DNA from: Macrostomum lignano
Lineage: Eukaryota
Assembly (NCBI GenBank): GCA_002269645.1
Contig: NIVC01000990.1
Span: 310,001 to 374,000 of the forward strand
DNA: 64,000 bases
Direction: 5' to 3'
Translations under genes and position numbers: made by a program
Shown: one piece after another, positions 35,362 to 48,600 of the stretch
How positions within the stretch are numbered: position 1 is the stretch's first letter
Layout of the letters: each line of letters begins with the position of its first letter
Notes under the pieces: model-generated
The model's input: the letters and a program-made list of their open reading frames with translations, nothing else
Databases searched by the model: none
What the model was told of the DNA's origin: nothing

Positions 35362-36079
35362 TGTAATCCAATTATAACTGACGATTCAATGTACATTTCG
35401 CAATATTAAATTAGTAAAATCTATTTATTGCACATAATTTGCATTGTAATACTGCTGTATTTATCAGAATCTATTTGCTGTATATATAATTCATGTACAT
35501 AGAGCATTTTTGTATTGTGTGTAGCGAAATTGCCAATGTAAAAATCTATTGTACATATTTTGCATGTCAGACCTGTTTAAAATCATTTATGAAGAGAAAA
35601 TTATTGAAAAACAATGTAAAATTTTCTGTATATTCTATTTGCTGGTGATGGTGTACATGTCTTGATTCCTGTAATATGCTACTGATTAAATGTAAATATA
35701 TCTTCATTGTAAATACTTATACATGATGTGCGCTACACTGTTAGTTGACTCATTTGGTAGTAGATGAGATTAGTAATTCTCGCCTCTGCGTACATGTAGT
35801 ATTGTACATGTAATTTTGGTGCGCGCTCAGACCGTCTGGGGATGACACTGTAGATTAATGTGAGTGTACATATAGAATTGGGGATAGACATGGACATTTG
35901 AGATATGGATTAATGTACATATCCAATTTGGGATAGATAGGGATTAATGTACATGGAATTAATATGAGCACATGGATTATTACAACTACATATTGGCATA
36001 TATCACGCTTAGGATAGCGTTTTTGTATACTACTTACTTCATTTTTCAGATAGTAGTATAATTTGCGTTTTTTGCGTCA

Positions 36080-38695
36080 AATCTGCCTAAAAACCCAGCA
36101 GTTTCTACGCGTTATGTAGTGTAAAGCATTGGCCAAGCGATGCTCCAATGGTCAAGAAAAACTCTACCAAAAGGCCAATTAATCCTCCTTCTGTTTTTAA
36201 TGGAGTTCCTAGCTCGTGTTTTGTTCAGAACCAAGGTACGTAACTTAAAGATTGCTCAACACTTAGCGTCTATATCGATTTTGCCGCTCACAATTATCTT
36301 ACTTTTATTTTTACTCTTATTTTAGACCAAGACAGACAGGCCGAAAAGCGCGGTGTTCTTTCTGACGCGAGGTGCAGCGACATTGATGAGATGGACGCTT
36401 TTCAGCTGCTTGATTTTTTGCCGGCATGGGAAAGTTTTCGAGCTGAGGTGAAAAATTCGGATGTCGTATCTCGACATGCACTGAACACAGCTGTTCTGAA
36501 CGAGACGTTTACTTGTTTACGTTAGATAAAGATGGAGACCTGTCTGCTCGAATTTTTGTCTCACCCAACTTTCTGATTCGTGCATTCAAACTGTATACAC
36601 CGATTTCGGTTCGAGACTTGTTGGGATTTCAACCGACACTCAAGCGCTGGTCGCAACTGGATGCTGTTGTCGTGCGGTGCAAAAATTCCGACGCCAATCC
36701 CCAACGTGAAGTCGACGTGTTTGTTAGTAGAATCAGTGATGATATAGATTCTGACTCTGATTTGGATCCGTCGCTTCAGTTTTTGATTCGACAACTTAGC
36801 CTTACATTAGTAAATCGGAACAATCGCCGCTATGACATTTCACTAGTGCGACAGTCAGCATTGCTCTACTTGATCAGTAGTTCGGCTTACTCTTACCTAC
36901 GGAAGCTATTGCCATTGCCTCATCCCCGAACGCTGCAGCTGCAACTAGCAGGTACAGGAGAAGTTGGCACAGAAACCGACGCAGCCGATGTGATCCAGTC
37001 AGTTTTTGCTAGTCTATCAGGAGCTCAGCGAAACTGCGTAATATGTTTGACGAAATGTACATACAACCGTCCGTTCGATATCGATGCCGTCACCTGGGTC
37101 GAGCCGTCGACGATCCGGACCAGGTTGCTAGGACAATTTTGGCCATAATGGTGAAGCCATTACTTGGTGGAAAACCGTTTGTAGTCCGACTATTGCCGAC
37201 ATACATTTTGTCTGCGGAGTTTCTGCGAAAATGCGTCAGCCAATGTATTAAAGCAATTAACAACAACGGTGGCCGTGTCGTTGCTCTCGTCAGCGACAAT
37301 CACCCGACCAACCGCAAGTGTTTTGCTTTATTTAGCGATGGAAGAGAGAAGCCATGGATTGGAACGGATGCTGCACAGGAGTCGGAATTCTTCATGCTGT
37401 TCGATTTCGTTCACATTATCAAATGCATTCGCAACAATTGGCAAATGGAAGCGAATGGAATTCTAAGCATTCAACCTCCTGGCGCTGACAGACAGATATC
37501 CGCTAAATGGTCAGACATGGTACGCCTGTACCAAATGGAGAAAGACCACGTAGTCAAGCGCACATGTCTAACTCATGAGGCCTGTTATCCCACAAGCACT
37601 CAGAAAACTAAAGTCAGTCTCGCTCTCCAAGTTCTCGATGAAAGGGTTGCCGCTGCATTGAAGTGTGATGGATACTCAGACACTGCGGAATTTATCAAAA
37701 CCATAGTGAGATTCTGGAAAATTGTCAATTGTAAAAATCCTGATCTACACGCACGACTACGGGATCCGGACAGGCGACCAGTCTATTCCGTTCAAGATGA
37801 AAGCATACAATTTCTTAGCGCGCTCGCGGATTCGTTTGATACGACACATTGTGGAAAAGGCCGAGCTCGCCATCATTCATTGACGCCCGAGACCAAGTCA
37901 GCGCTAGTAAACTCACTGCGCGGAGCCTGTGAGATGTGTGAGGTTCTTTTGTCCGACCCACGAATCAGCTACGTTCTGCTGGCTGGCTGGCGTATATCGC
38001 CAAATGAGCGGCGGCAACTACTATGTATCTGTGGAGCAAGTGCTGCTCAGTGCTCGACTCCGACGAATGAAATTATTGGCATCCCTTGAATTAGCAGACT
38101 ACAAGCACGATCGGAGCAAATGTTGCAATGAACAGCTGAATGAAATTGAACTGGCGACCATTGATAATTGTGCTGCTAAATCAGAGGAGCTTTCCATTTC
38201 GGAGATGGCTTCGCTCTACTATATCGCAGGTAAGCTGGATATTAATTAAAATTTAATTCACAACGAGGTTTTACACAATCTCATAAAAACAATTCAAACC
38301 GTGCTTAATTGGAAATTGACAGGTTATACAGCGACTAAAGAAGGCAGGCATCATAGGAACAGATTTGATATCAGAGACGAGCATTCCAGCCAGCGAATTC
38401 ACTGAAGAGTTATCTCGCGGAAAGCTTTGTCATCCTCCACAATGGCTGTTAGACTTATCCTGTCTCTGCTACAGCAGTTTTATTCTGCACTCTCGTACGT
38501 GCGCAACTCGCGTGCAGAAGCTGTTTTATGTTATTAAGGACTTTTACTTTCCAACTAAGACACAGTTCAGCATGGACAGTGTCCCGTCGGCTAGCCAACG
38601 TTTTTTTCAAAGGACTAGTAAGACGCTCGTCAAAACTCCCACCAATACCGACGACATCCCATGATAGAAAGCTTCGGAAGTTAGATGCTCAGTAG
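36080..38695 (+). mobile_element. Decayed THAP-domain P-element-like (THAP9-type) transposase with two introns (36236-36325, 38230-38322)
   Basis: THAP end VKHWPSD...RPINPPSVFNGVPSSC; RRYDISL...SSSAYSYLRKLLPLPHPRTLQ; FDEMY; VSDNHPTNRKCF; FDFVHIIKCIRNNW; YRQMSGGNYYVS; YYIAG|YTA; LSRGKLCHP; RKLRKL stop at 38695. At least four frameshifts. TIRs not found. Confidence 0.88.
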
Positions 38696-41248
38696 GTGAA
38701 GTTCCAGCGTTTCCTTTATGTACGAGCTACTGATTGTTTGTGTCGTCTTGTCCTTGGAGTTCCGTATTTGCTTCTATCTTCTTGCCGTTGGAGTTTCATC
38801 TTTGCTTTCATCTTTTATCTTCTTGCCGTTGGAGTTTTTTTGTTGATATGGCGGTTACTTTATTGTAAATACATTGTAATTATATCACTGGTTCCTATTC
38901 TTTAAATTAAATACTCGACATTGCCTCGCTTTACTATTTAATCTAACCGTTAATGCCTGATAGCAGAGAAGACTTGAAAAAGCCATAGAACAATACTTTT
39001 AAGCGAGCCCCTCAGATTTTTTGCCATGAATTGGCTCGTTTCGCGTCCCGAGGGTTTTAGTTGTCCCTGGACGCAACCATAATTCTAGACATCTGTGCGC
39101 AATTTTCTTTTACGTTTAGGCAATAACAATATTTTAACCAATTCAGAAAGATACAAAACCGTTATACATATAATACCAGCCGTGCTAGCATTCAAGAATC
39201 AAGTTTTGTTTTAATCACGATATCAGGCGAGCTAGTTATCAGGTCTGGGCGTTCTTCATAATGTTTGGTGTCCCTATAGAGACAATTTAAAATTTTTAGT
39301 AAACTCATTGCATTATATTTTTTGAATTTTCTAAAATAACAATCATGTAAAAAGTCTTGCTAATGTTTCGAATGTTAATTTGTGTCAAATTACGATCGTA
39401 AATTCGATTTTGCTTAGATCGCTCAGAGAGCGAAGCTATCTCTGATTGGCTTCCAGCCTTCTGACGTCACGGACGTGTTTCTAAAAACAGGATTATCACG
39501 TCTGGTCGCATTAAGGAAGATAGCGACTTAGTTTTGGGGGTTCTGCTAGATGGGTTCAGAAAACAAAATAATCAAACGAGAACAATACCGGTAGAAGCAA
39601 TTATCGAGAGCAATCGAGAAGGAGAATTATGGTCTAGCACAGCCTCTTATAGGAAAAGAAAGAGCTGCAATTTCGAGTGCGATTTTCAGGAACTGAATGA
39701 ATCTAAGTCTGGGGTTTTATGTGTGGAAGGCAAGTCACCTCTATTTTGTTTCTGTTTATTGGCGTTTTTCTACTTGTCACTGACCGAAAAGAACTTTCTA
39801 AGACGCTCGTAGACCTCGTAAAAAAACAGGAAATAAGAAAGGAAACAGTGCGAGAGAGACAGAGTGAGCAGGGGAGATTGCGCAATTTGGGGGGAGAGAG
39901 AAAGAGTGAAAAGTATGCACTATGTATAATTAGTATTTGATTATAGAACACTAGTAGGGGCATTACAGTAGGTGAAAGAATGACGTCAATAGTAAAAAAT
40001 AGAATTACGAGCTATTATTGTCATTATTATCAGATGCGCCCGGAGAGCGGGTGCTGATTGTGAATTAATTTCTTTCGGGGATTTAAAATAAAGTCTCGTA
40101 CACAAACAGAGCCAGAGTACTTGAGCCTTCTTCGGTACACCGATGAAGTCAGGGCTGCTGCATCCCTACTCGTGGCTTGTGTCACGTCTTTGACTCATCA
40201 TACCTCTTTCTTCTTTGAGTCGTCCAGGTAAAAATACCTTGTCCTCATTGTTTCTCAGACCAGTTTATGGTTTGCTATTATATAGGGTGTACTTTAAATC
40301 TGGATAGAATTTTTTAGAACATGAGTAGTGTAGCTACCATTTAAAACTATAGACAATTAGTATTGCAGAGTTCTCTACTCTTTGTCTCCGGCAGTTTTTC
40401 GTAAACTCCAATTCCAAACCAGCTTTGTGTGCGTTCTAATTGATTTCACTATTCCTTTCAGTTGTACTGCCAACCTTTCTGCAAACTGGATCCCCGGCTA
40501 GTCTCGAAGATGATGGAGTCTGGCCGATTGGCGAGTGAGGCCTCCGTGGTACTGAATAATTACTTCTCTTTTGGATATTGTATAGTAAAGGCAGTCTGCC
40601 CAGCTCTGGGCGGGCTGGCTGGCCATTACTGTCAGTATTTTAAGCTAATCAGTAGAATTGCCTTGTTAGTTGTGAATTTGGTCCTCTGGATTAGACTTCC
40701 GTCCCAGGGTTCCAGGAAACGAATTGCCTCCTAAGGCCCCAGAGGCGCGCGCTTTCAACCATGGCAGTGCAAATGAGAATCAGTTCTACTAGCATCTGAA
40801 GACAGTTGGCACGAGACTATACACGGACGGTTGCAGGCAAAAAGACGGAGATGCGGCGCGGGAGACGGCAGCGAGGCAGAAAGACGCTTATTTTGCAAAA
40901 TACTGCTAGAATTGCTGCTCTTACCCAGTAGCTCTCTGTTCGGGTCTGCTCAACCGTTAATTGACGTTACTGCCATCATCTCACTTCAGCTAAAGCATTG
41001 AGATTTATCATCTATGATAAAGGAAATTGGGATGCCATTTTGAGCTGGATTTTTTTACCTAGCCTAGCAACGAATCGATTTCAATTGTTTTTTTATTTTC
41101 TCACACTAATTCTAAATAATTCACGGCGTTGCTAACAACAAGCTTGGGAATTGGCAACTGCTGTACATGTACCGGATCAAGTCCCATTGAACATGTAGAT
41201 AGTAGATTTACCCATATGCTCGTAGCTTTTCACCAATCTAACTACTAT

Positions 41249-41440
41249 GGGGCCGTAGCCCAGTGGTCTGGCGCGGCGCTCGGATGTGCCAGCGGCCCAG
41301 GCTCGATTCCAAATGCAGCTATGTTAATTATATTTGGGGCTGAATTTGAATCTCGGCTTGGCTTTGCTCGTACAATTAACGCCCTTGATGGCCAACCCCC
41401 AAGGCACAGTGAAGTGTACATGCCTAACGATAAATAAATT
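41249..41440 (+). mobile_element. tRNA-derived SINE
   Basis: GGGGCCGTAGCCCAGTGG (A box), GGCTCGATTCC (B-box variant), non-tRNA body ending CCTAACGATAAATAAA; no complete cloverleaf. Confidence 0.7.
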
Positions 41441-41879
41441 TTGGGCCGCTGTACACTCCTGTGTGAGTGTGTGCCTGTGCGTCTGACTGTGTACGCATCC
41501 GCGCGCTTGTATGCCTGCTCAGGGGAGTCGGCGGAATAGGCAGTAATGCCTCTCACCGGATGTGTGACAATGTCGCTTGAAGTGCGCCGGGGTGCACACA
41601 GCACCATAAAACCTCAGCAATTTGAATTTGAACAGAGTGATTTGAATCGATCAGAAAAGTGCAGATTCCCTGTATGTAAAAAAGTAAGTGTGAGAGAAAA
41701 ATCGTCGGATTCAACCAAAAGATGTTCAGGGACGGTCCCAGCGCCTTCTCCAATATATTTAACACAAAATCGAGCCAATACAAAATCGATATTTTGCCAG
41801 TCAAGTCAAAGAATGTCAACGCATCCGCTAGGAAACAAAAAGATGGCAATCGCTGAGCCGCATAAATCCGTTGACGTCG

Positions 41880-42902
41880 TCAGCCGGTGCGGTCGAAAAC
41901 CAGACGTAAGTCGGCGCTGTCCAGCTTGTTGGCCGAGACGCCCACGGCCGCGACGACGCCGTCGAGAAAATCTGTCGGACCACCGCTGCTGCCGCTCCAG
42001 CCGATGGCCATGCAGTAGCTGGTGTCGGCATTGAGGTAGCGCCCAGTAGGCAGAGTGTTATGCGGCACCACGGTGTAGTCCACGAAGTATTTGTAATCGT
42101 AATCGCTTGGGTCGTCATGAATACTTGACCGGTTGATAGCCAATGCCAGCGTGAAGAACTGACTGTCATCATCTGGCAGGGCGGACTCACCGGTGTAGGA
42201 CGTGGCGTACGGACCCAGGTCGGAAAACAGAGCTCCGTTAGGCGACGAATTCGGGGCCAGGTAGTTCTTCTCGAGGATCTCCATGATCATCACCTTGAAA
42301 GTGGCGCAGTCAGTCAGCTCAAAAAAGATATTGTTTTTTGGTCTTCTTTTCAAGCGAATCCCAAACGACAAAGTATGTGTAAGGTGGAGCAACGGTACCG
42401 GAGAGGACCACAGCCTAGAGTTGTTTGAACCGTACAGACGAGGTCCCTCGCTGGTCCAGGTGACTCCAGTTGACATTATGGTTGCATCGGTTCCGCCCGG
42501 CATGCAAGCCAGGCTTTCCATCCTTCCAGTGCCGGCGTCTCCAACCCAGATAAATAAGAACAGTCGGCTGGCCGAGATCGCGTCATACTTGGTGCCGAGG
42601 ACCGTCCTGCAGCTGGTCGGGGTGGGTTGCTCATATTGACCGGCAGCCATAAGCTGCTGGCAGACTCGCTGGTAGTTGTACAGCCAGCAAGTGTTGTCGC
42701 GGTCGTTCCACTGGGCCACGGCAAGGCCGCCCATGTCGTTGGTGCGGCTGGTCGCCACGCAGTCGATGAACGACGTGGCGGAGGAGTCGCTGCCGCGAGA
42801 CTGGTCGAGGCAGTCGGTGTGGAGAATGTTGAGAGTTTTGGCGGTGGCGAGCGCCTGCAGCTGCACGAGCAGCAGAGTGGCAGTCAGTGCTCGAAGTGGC
42901 AT
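41880..42902 (-). CDS. Secreted protein, 340 aa: signal peptide, PAN/apple-like domain, ConA/LamG (pentraxin-like) domain; single exon
   Basis: MPLRALTATLLLVQLQALATA signal; SFIDCVATS...NTCWLY PAN-like pattern; LTHTLSFGIRLK...YFVD...CMAIGW...FLDGVVAAVGVSANKLDSADLRLVF fits LamG_3 strand pattern. Domain calls are by eye. Confidence 0.75.
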   Translation of the reverse strand: MPLRALTATLLLVQLQALATAKTLNILHTDCLDQSRGSDSSATSFIDCVATSRTNDMGGLAVAQWNDRDNTCWLYNYQRVCQQLMAAGQYEQPTPTSCRTVLGTKYDAISASRLFLFIWVGDAGTGRMESLACMPGGTDATIMSTGVTWTSEGPRLYGSNNSRLWSSPVPLLHLTHTLSFGIRLKRRPKNNIFFELTDCATFKVMIMEILEKNYLAPNSSPNGALFSDLGPYATSYTGESALPDDDSQFFTLALAINRSSIHDDPSDYDYKYFVDYTVVPHNTLPTGRYLNADTSYCMAIGWSGSSGGPTDFLDGVVAAVGVSANKLDSADLRLVFDRTG

Positions 42903-42966
42903 GCCAGGTTTTGTGCAGGTGGTGTTTCGTCGTAAGTTGCTTTTGCTGCGTCGAAATTTGAGCACA

Positions 42967-42974
42967 TATTTATA
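42967..42974 (-). promoter_or_regulatory. TATA box of the PAN-LamG gene
   Basis: TATAAATA on the minus strand 65 nt upstream of the ATG at 42902. Confidence 0.5.
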
Positions 42975-44214
42975 CAAGATTTAGCCTAGTGGGGCTCCCC
43001 CAATCCAGCCACAATGAATTTTTACTCCATCATCCGTATCAAAAAATAATAATGATAGAAATCTGGGCTATAACTGTGACGAAGTCGGATCCTTGTGAAT
43101 GCTTCTATTTTGCACAAAATAAAATCGATGCTTTCGCATCAATAATATGATGGAAGGAAAAAATTCATTTTCAGCAGTCTGAGCGGAAGACTCAGAATTG
43201 GGAGCGTAGCCAGGATTTTTGCCTCGAAGCCGTGTCTTCGAGGGCGGCAGCAGGGGTGCGCCGACCGAATTTTTAGTACCGTTTTTCGAGGGCGCATGGA
43301 CAGACAGGCTGGCTTTGTAAATGACGAGTAATCTAAATTGTACTATTATTGTACTATTTGTTTTGGTTTCAAGTTTCGGGGAGCCGTGTAAGGCCCTCCC
43401 CTTTTGCTAGCCACTCTACATGTAATAAAACTTCGTAGTCATTTTTATACTTTTCCTACTGCTGCTTAACTTTGTTGTGTTTTGTACTGAGCACCGGTAA
43501 TTTGTTAGTATAAACTGCTATATATTTAGCTATACTTAGCTAATTTGAAATCGCCTAAGACTCGGTTCCATCAGAAATCCGCTAGACAAATACTAACAGC
43601 GACCGATACCGAAGGCCAAGGAGGGTCTTACAGGCGGCGACATCGGATTGTGGGAACAGGGGCACAGGGCAACACTAGGTCCCTTACATACATTCTATTG
43701 ATGACATCAGCTAATTGTCGCCAAAGCCCAAATGTAACATTTACTTAAAATTGTTTTTGCATTTTGAGCTTGTAAGTTTTTGTGTTGCGAAAAAATCGAT
43801 GGGTATCAAATTTTTAGCTTACATTATATTATGAACAGTTCCGGCTCAAATCGTCATAGGCGGGTTACGAGAAACACAATTGAATATCTAAATCGTCATC
43901 GTCTTGATCTAATGCTGAATTCACTAACTCGTCATATTGTACTGTTGCATTGGCTGCGCAAGGATATCTCTTAGGTCACTGAATTTTGAGCACTAATATG
44001 TAAATGCTTACAGCCTAATTTACATGTAACTTTGTTTAAGTTGCACATAAATGTACACGTAGCAAATTCTGAAGGTTGCTTGGAGAAGGAATTTCCAGCA
44101 ATAGTGTGTAATGGAATGTGCAAAGTACTGTATCAAAGCCTATTATATTTCTTATTTTTTCGTATTTCTTATTCTTACGAAAGAATACATAGGAAGAAAT
44201 TCTTATATTCATAT

Positions 44215-44755
44215 TTCTTCGTTCGATCCGGGCCGTCGTCCAGTCCGAAGCGCTGCCCGACCGCCAGAGGGCTCGGCTGTGGCAGGCGGTGGTCGAAACC
44301 GTCCTGCTCTACAACGCCGAGACGTGGACGCTGACGGCTACGCTGGATCGTGGCAGCTTGACTCGGCGCACTCAGGGTTGCTCCGTGCGGCCTTTCAAGC
44401 TGACGAGAGCGTCGGGACCGAGGCCCTGCACGATCGGGCCAAGCTGCAGCGCCCGTCCATCATCCTGCGCCGGCGGCGACTTCAACTGGCGGGCCACGTG
44501 ATCCGGGCCGAGAGCTACTGCCGCCAACCTGTTCAGGACGTTCTGCTGCTCACCTTGCAGGGTCCGCTCAGGCGGGGTCAGGCCCAAACCCGTCGATACG
44601 TGGACTGCCTGCTGTGCAACGCTGGGGCGCCCGACACTGCCAACGGGGCGGACTTCGTCCGCTCTCAGGCTCTGGGGCGCGCCATCTGACGCGCCCTGCT
44701 CTAACTGTGGCCTTTGCTTACAGGGCTGCGTACTTTGTTGTTGTTTTGTTGTTAA
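44215..44755 (+). mobile_element. 5'-truncated RTE-clade LINE 3' end
   Basis: RLWQAVVETVLLYNAETWTLT / QLDSAHSGLLRAAF...RRRRLQLAGHVIR...RRGQ, stop at 44689, (TTG)n tail. Confidence 0.85.
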
Positions 44756-45689
44756 GATAAAAAATAATAACCGTCTTTTGAAGTTAAAGTTTTCAGTTTT
44801 ATCGGAGCCGAGACTCCCTCAAGTGATTTCTATCGATTTACATGTACGCCACGAAGTTTCGACTGCACGGACTCTGAAAGTTTTTCTCGCAAATCGACTT
44901 GATCATTTAAACAATGTTCTGAATGAAATCAGCACGTACCACATATGTAATTCACACATATACGAGAGCTGCAATGCATCCTGTTAGGAGGAAAAGACTG
45001 TCGGCAAATCGTATCCCGCAGGATCAAGCTTTTGTCAAGCAAGATCCACTTAAGTACTGTATAGTTACGTCTTACTTGAGTAGTCAATTGGCTTTCGTCT
45101 GACCGGGCCCTGGACACCGAAAAGTGTTTTTTCTTCAAAAATGCAGATTCATATTTCCAGATTTGCTTTGCTAAACACTTTACGTATAGAGCACATGTTT
45201 TAGCACTATAATTAAAACATACTTCCGGTTTTCTTTAAATGTCTGGTGTTTTGCGGTAATAGTGTGCCATCTCATCCTCAGTATGTAAGGGTGTCTTTAT
45301 GTGCATGTATTCAACTTATACTGTATCCCTGCAACACTGTAACAAAAGCATACTAATTTTGAAAATCCTAGATGTTGTGTAGCTCAAATGTGAATGTACA
45401 TTGGCTATGTACATTCGTCTTATTCTCATCCAATATAGTATTTCTTTTTTTTCTAGTGTACATCTTTTTAGTGTACATCTGACTAACAAATATATATTCA
45501 TCGACACTTGCCAATTTCGGGGCACTAAGCTTTTCGTAGCCTACCATCTAAACAACCTACGTATAATAACATAGCGTCGCAAGACTAAACTTTGCACTGC
45601 AATTATTTATGAATTGAGGCCGTCTGAACCAATGGTTTTTTACACTAATAGGGCAGACAACTAGAGAAGGTGGAGCACTGCATTTGATT

Positions 45690-48600
45690 TTTTACATGAA
45701 AGCTACTAGGAGGACCAGCAAAAATGACGAAGTAAAAATTGCTACGCGCCTGACAGCCCTAGGACCAGATGGGAAAGATGTCTACGGCACGTTTCCTACT
45801 GCAGAAGTGAAAAAGTACGAGGATTTGAGCAAGACATTTGATGACTACTGTCAGCCTCTATCAGCGAGACATTTGAACGCTATCAGCTGCGCACCATAAT
45901 TCAAGGAGAAGCGGAGGACTTCGACCAGTTCGTGGGTTCTCTACGCCAGCTCGTGAAGCGCTGCAACTACAGTGAACCAGACAACAACGAAACCATCGAG
46001 AACAGCATCCTCCGAGATCATGTCGTCATCGGCGTCAGCGACCCAGCTCTGCGTGAAAGATTTCTACGGGGATCAAAGCTGACTCTGGACCGTGCAATTC
46101 AGATGGGACGAGCATCAGAGACGTCCAAGAGACAGGCGCGGGCCCTTGTCTCAACACATACTAGCCGAGCGGCACCTGCGCCAGTACCTGTGACCGTCGA
46201 CGCCCTGCAAGGCCGGGCCAAGGCACCAGCAGACCCAGCCAAGATACCTCGCAACTGCGGCCTCGGCGGGCAGCAGCATGAGCGGCGCAAGTGCTCGGTA
46301 TTCGGCAAAACTTGCAACGCCTGCGGTCGTGCAAACCACTTCTCATCTGTGTGCCGGTCCACCAAAAAGGTCAACGAGCTGGTTGAGGATGACGAGAACA
46401 ACGCTTCTGACCAAGGCCCAGCAGCAGCCGTCGTGAGCGTAGAGAAGCCCGGAACTCGGCGAGTCAAGGTGCAATCCGACAACTTGGCGATGATGGTGAG
46501 CTTGACAGTTATGGACTCCGGCAAGAAGCTGCAGTTCAAAGTGGACACTGGAGCATACGTCAACGTGATACCTCTGAGACAGCTGATTCAATTGGAGCCA
46601 ACATTGAGCAGTCAGCATTGAGCCAACATCCTGGACGCTCACCACTTACAACAAGCAGCTGCTGGTCACATACCTGTGTCGCAAGAAGTCACATACCTGA
46701 CGGTGTCATCACCCTGCAAGAAGGACATCAGGAGTTGCAGCTCACATGTACAGTTTTCCGTCATCAGAGCTCCTTTAGCAAGGTGAAGACGCAGCGTCCT
46801 TCAGACCTCAAGGCTGCCCAGCTGAGGGCTAGCTACCTGAGGCGTTAAACGGCGTTGGCTGTACGAAGCAACCGTATACTATTCAGCTTGCCGACAACGC
46901 AGTGCCAAAAGTACAGCCACCTCGTAAGTTTCGTTTACCGCAAATCAACCTCTGAAGTGTGAGTTGGAGCGGCTAGAGAAGGAGGGAACCATCGTCCGGG
47001 TCGATGAGCCAACGCAGTGGGTCTCAAACGTCGCCATCGTGTGGAAGAAAGACGCGCCAATGCGGCTGTGCCTTGATCCGACCTACCTTAACAAGTTCAT
47101 CGTCTGCGAGTATCATCCGATTCTGACTGCAAAAGAAGTCCAGGCAGCCACAACCGGAGCCGTGTTGTGCTGCTTCATCGACGCCAACGAGAGATTCCAC
47201 CAACTCAAGCTGGATGATGAGAGCTCCTTCATGACCACCTTTCACACAATATTTGGCCGGTACCGCTGGAAGAGCGTTTCCTACGGTCTCTCGTCGATCC
47301 CAGAGGTCTTTCAAAAGCAATGGAACAGGACGTCACCAACGATGTTAAAAACTCCAAGAACTTCTTCAACGACATCATCGTGTTGGGCTGGACACCTGAG
47401 GAGCACGACCAAGCTGGTCGAGAGCTGATGGAACAGTGCCAAAAAGCTAACGTGACCTTGAAACCCTCGAAGATGAAAGTCGGTGTCCAAGAGCTCAACT
47501 ACCTCGGTGATGTTCTCAGCTCGGATGGACTGTGAGCGGATCCAATGAAAGTCAAAGCCATCAAAAATGGCCAGGGCGGATGATCTAGCAGGCACTACCG
47601 CGAAGAAGGAGCAGCGGCGGCGATTTTTTGGCTGTGTCACTTATTTGGCCGAGTTCTACCCTCATCTGTCGGCTACTGCGGAACCACTGCGTCATTTGCA
47701 AACGAAGGATGTCATCTGGAGCTGGACGCATCAGCTAAACGAGGTCTATGACGCCATAATCACATAGCTCTGTTCAAGCCGAGTCCTGGCTACGTTTGAC
47801 GCTACAAAGTCGGTCACCGTATCTGTGGACGCCAGCAAGAGCGGCATCGGCGCTGTTCTCCTCAAAGAAGAACTCCCTGTGGAATTTGCATCTTCGGCTA
47901 TGACAAGAGCTCAGCAAGCCTACGCGCAGATGGAAAAATAGCTGTTGGCAATTGTGTACGGCTGCAAAAAGTTCCATCACTACATCTGGGCCGCACTGTC
48001 TATGTTCAGAGGCTCAGAGCGACTACAAACCACTAGAAGCAATTTTTAAGAAACAGCTTTGTGACACCACTCCACGGATCTAACTTCTGCTTCTGCAGCT
48101 CCAGCCCTACGACAGACCTATCAAGTACACGCCTGGAAACAAGCTGAACGTTGCCGATACGCTGAGCTGAGCTCACGGCCAGACGGACAGCTTGACGAAT
48201 CTTCTGGAAGAAGCGCTGGATGGCTAGCGAGATCCTAGATATGATGAAGACCGCCACGGCCTCAGATCAGACGAGTCAGCGCCTGTGCGATGTTATCGCA
48301 GCCGGTTGGCCAGATCATCGTTCCAGACTGACGGATGACCTGATGGTATTCTCGGATCTCCGGTACGATCTGACGTACGAACGTACGAAAGACCGCATCT
48401 ACATGCCCGAGGGCAGCACCAGGAATTCTATCCTCCGCAACCTGCACGCGGGGCACCCTGGCATTGTGAAGATGGACCTGAAGGTCAAGGATTACTTCTA
48501 CTGGCCTGGCAGTGCGAGATCGAACAGTCAGCCAGTGCGAGGCCTGCCAGAGGAACATGAAGGCGCAATCAAAGGAGGCTCTGTTGTCCGTGGAGATGCC

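Noticed and set aside
36026-36060. TATACTACT...AGTAGTATA inverted repeat as a Polinton terminus
   Set aside because: Only 9 bp in AT-rich DNA; no long TIR or partner end.
39380-40190. Solo-LTR or promoter-like stretch with CCAAT, two TGACGTCA sites and AATAAA
   Set aside because: No defined TG...CA ends with TSD and no linked gene start.
41249-41320. tRNA genes at 41249 and 429
   Set aside because: No complete cloverleaf; both continue into SINE bodies.
43200-43420. Harbinger/Tourist-like MITE (GCGTAGCCAG...GCTAGCCACTC)
   Set aside because: Ends match too poorly and no TSD.
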